The notes under the pieces: generated by a model
Told to the model about the DNA's origin: nothing
The model's database searches: none
What the model saw: the letters and a program-made list of their open reading frames with translations, nothing else
Shown: piece after piece, positions 58,359-58,810 of the stretch
How positions within the stretch are numbered: position 1 is the stretch's first letter
How the letters are laid out: every line of letters begins with the position of its first letter
Source of the DNA: Candidatus Micrarchaeota archaeon
Lineage (GTDB): Archaea > Micrarchaeota > Micrarchaeia > Anstonellales > Bilamarchaeaceae
Direction of reading: 5' to 3'
DNA: 58,810 nucleotides
NCBI GenBank assembly: GCA_043827025.1
Contig: JBDRPL010000025.1
Location: 1-58,810, forward strand
Position numbers and translations under genes: made by a program

Positions 58359-58766
58359 ATGACTGATGTTCTGACAAAGAAACAAAGAAGCTATAACATG
58401 TCTAGGATCAGGGGGACAAATACGAAACCTGAACTTATAGTCCGTCAACTTCTTTATTCAAAAGGGTCCAGGGGATATCGGATTCATTACGAATTACTCG
58501 GAAAACCAGATATTGTATTTGTAAATGAGAAAGTCGCAATTTTCATAGACGGCTGTTTTTGGCATAAATGTCCAAAATGTTTCAATCAACCTACCTCCAA
58601 CCTAAAATTTTGGATCAAAAAAATTAGTGAAAACATAAAACGGGACAAAAGAGTAAACCTGTTGCTGAAAAAGAAAGGATGGAAAGTAGTGCGTTTATGG
58701 GAACACGAAATAGAATCAGATCACACAAAGTGTATTGCGAGAATAAAAAAGAATTTAAAGACATGA
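58359..58766 (+). CDS. vsr: Very short patch repair endonuclease
   Basis: RSYNMSRIRG.NTKPE, GKPDIV, FIDGCFWH, WEHE. Confidence 0.95.
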   Translation: MTDVLTKKQRSYNMSRIRGTNTKPELIVRQLLYSKGSRGYRIHYELLGKPDIVFVNEKVAIFIDGCFWHKCPKCFNQPTSNLKFWIKKISENIKRDKRVNLLLKKKGWKVVRLWEHEIESDHTKCIARIKKNLKT

Positions 58767-58782
58767 TACGTTGGTATTCCAT

Positions 58783-58810
58783 ATGCAAAAAAGGTTTAAT
58801 GTTGTTGATG
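58783..58810 (+). CDS. Probable start of a DNA cytosine-5 methyltransferase (truncated)
   Basis: Only MQKRFNVVD is visible; it fits the strand before motif I, and the gene follows vsr. Confidence 0.4.

Overview
Chromosomal segment of an archaeon (PolD DP1/DP2, PyrB/PyrI, archaeal ProRS/TyrRS, DRG GTPase, BHB-intron tRNAs). It is most likely a DPANN/Micrarchaeota lineage, inferred from gene content, 'FGC' export signals and intron-rich tRNAs. Most of the window is housekeeping: nucleotide metabolism, aminoacyl-tRNA synthetases, a DnaK/DnaJ/GrpE cluster and the AmmeMemoRadiSam trio. The most unusual signal is non-coding. Five of six tRNA genes carry bulge-helix-bulge introns (8 introns in total, up to 3 per gene, in the D-loop, anticodon loop and T-loop). 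Several introns are built from short palindromic modules that recur, with the same flanking motifs, in intergenic DNA, which suggests a family of small mobile hairpin elements colonising tRNA introns. Other notable items are a 2280-aa effector-like protein with a C-terminal atypical kinase fold, an MtnA-class II aldolase fusion, a toxin-antitoxin pair flanked by a 15-bp direct repeat, and a four-helix-bundle gene with structured flanks followed by vsr and a probable C5 methyltransferase. All calls come from reading the sequence by eye; no searches were run.
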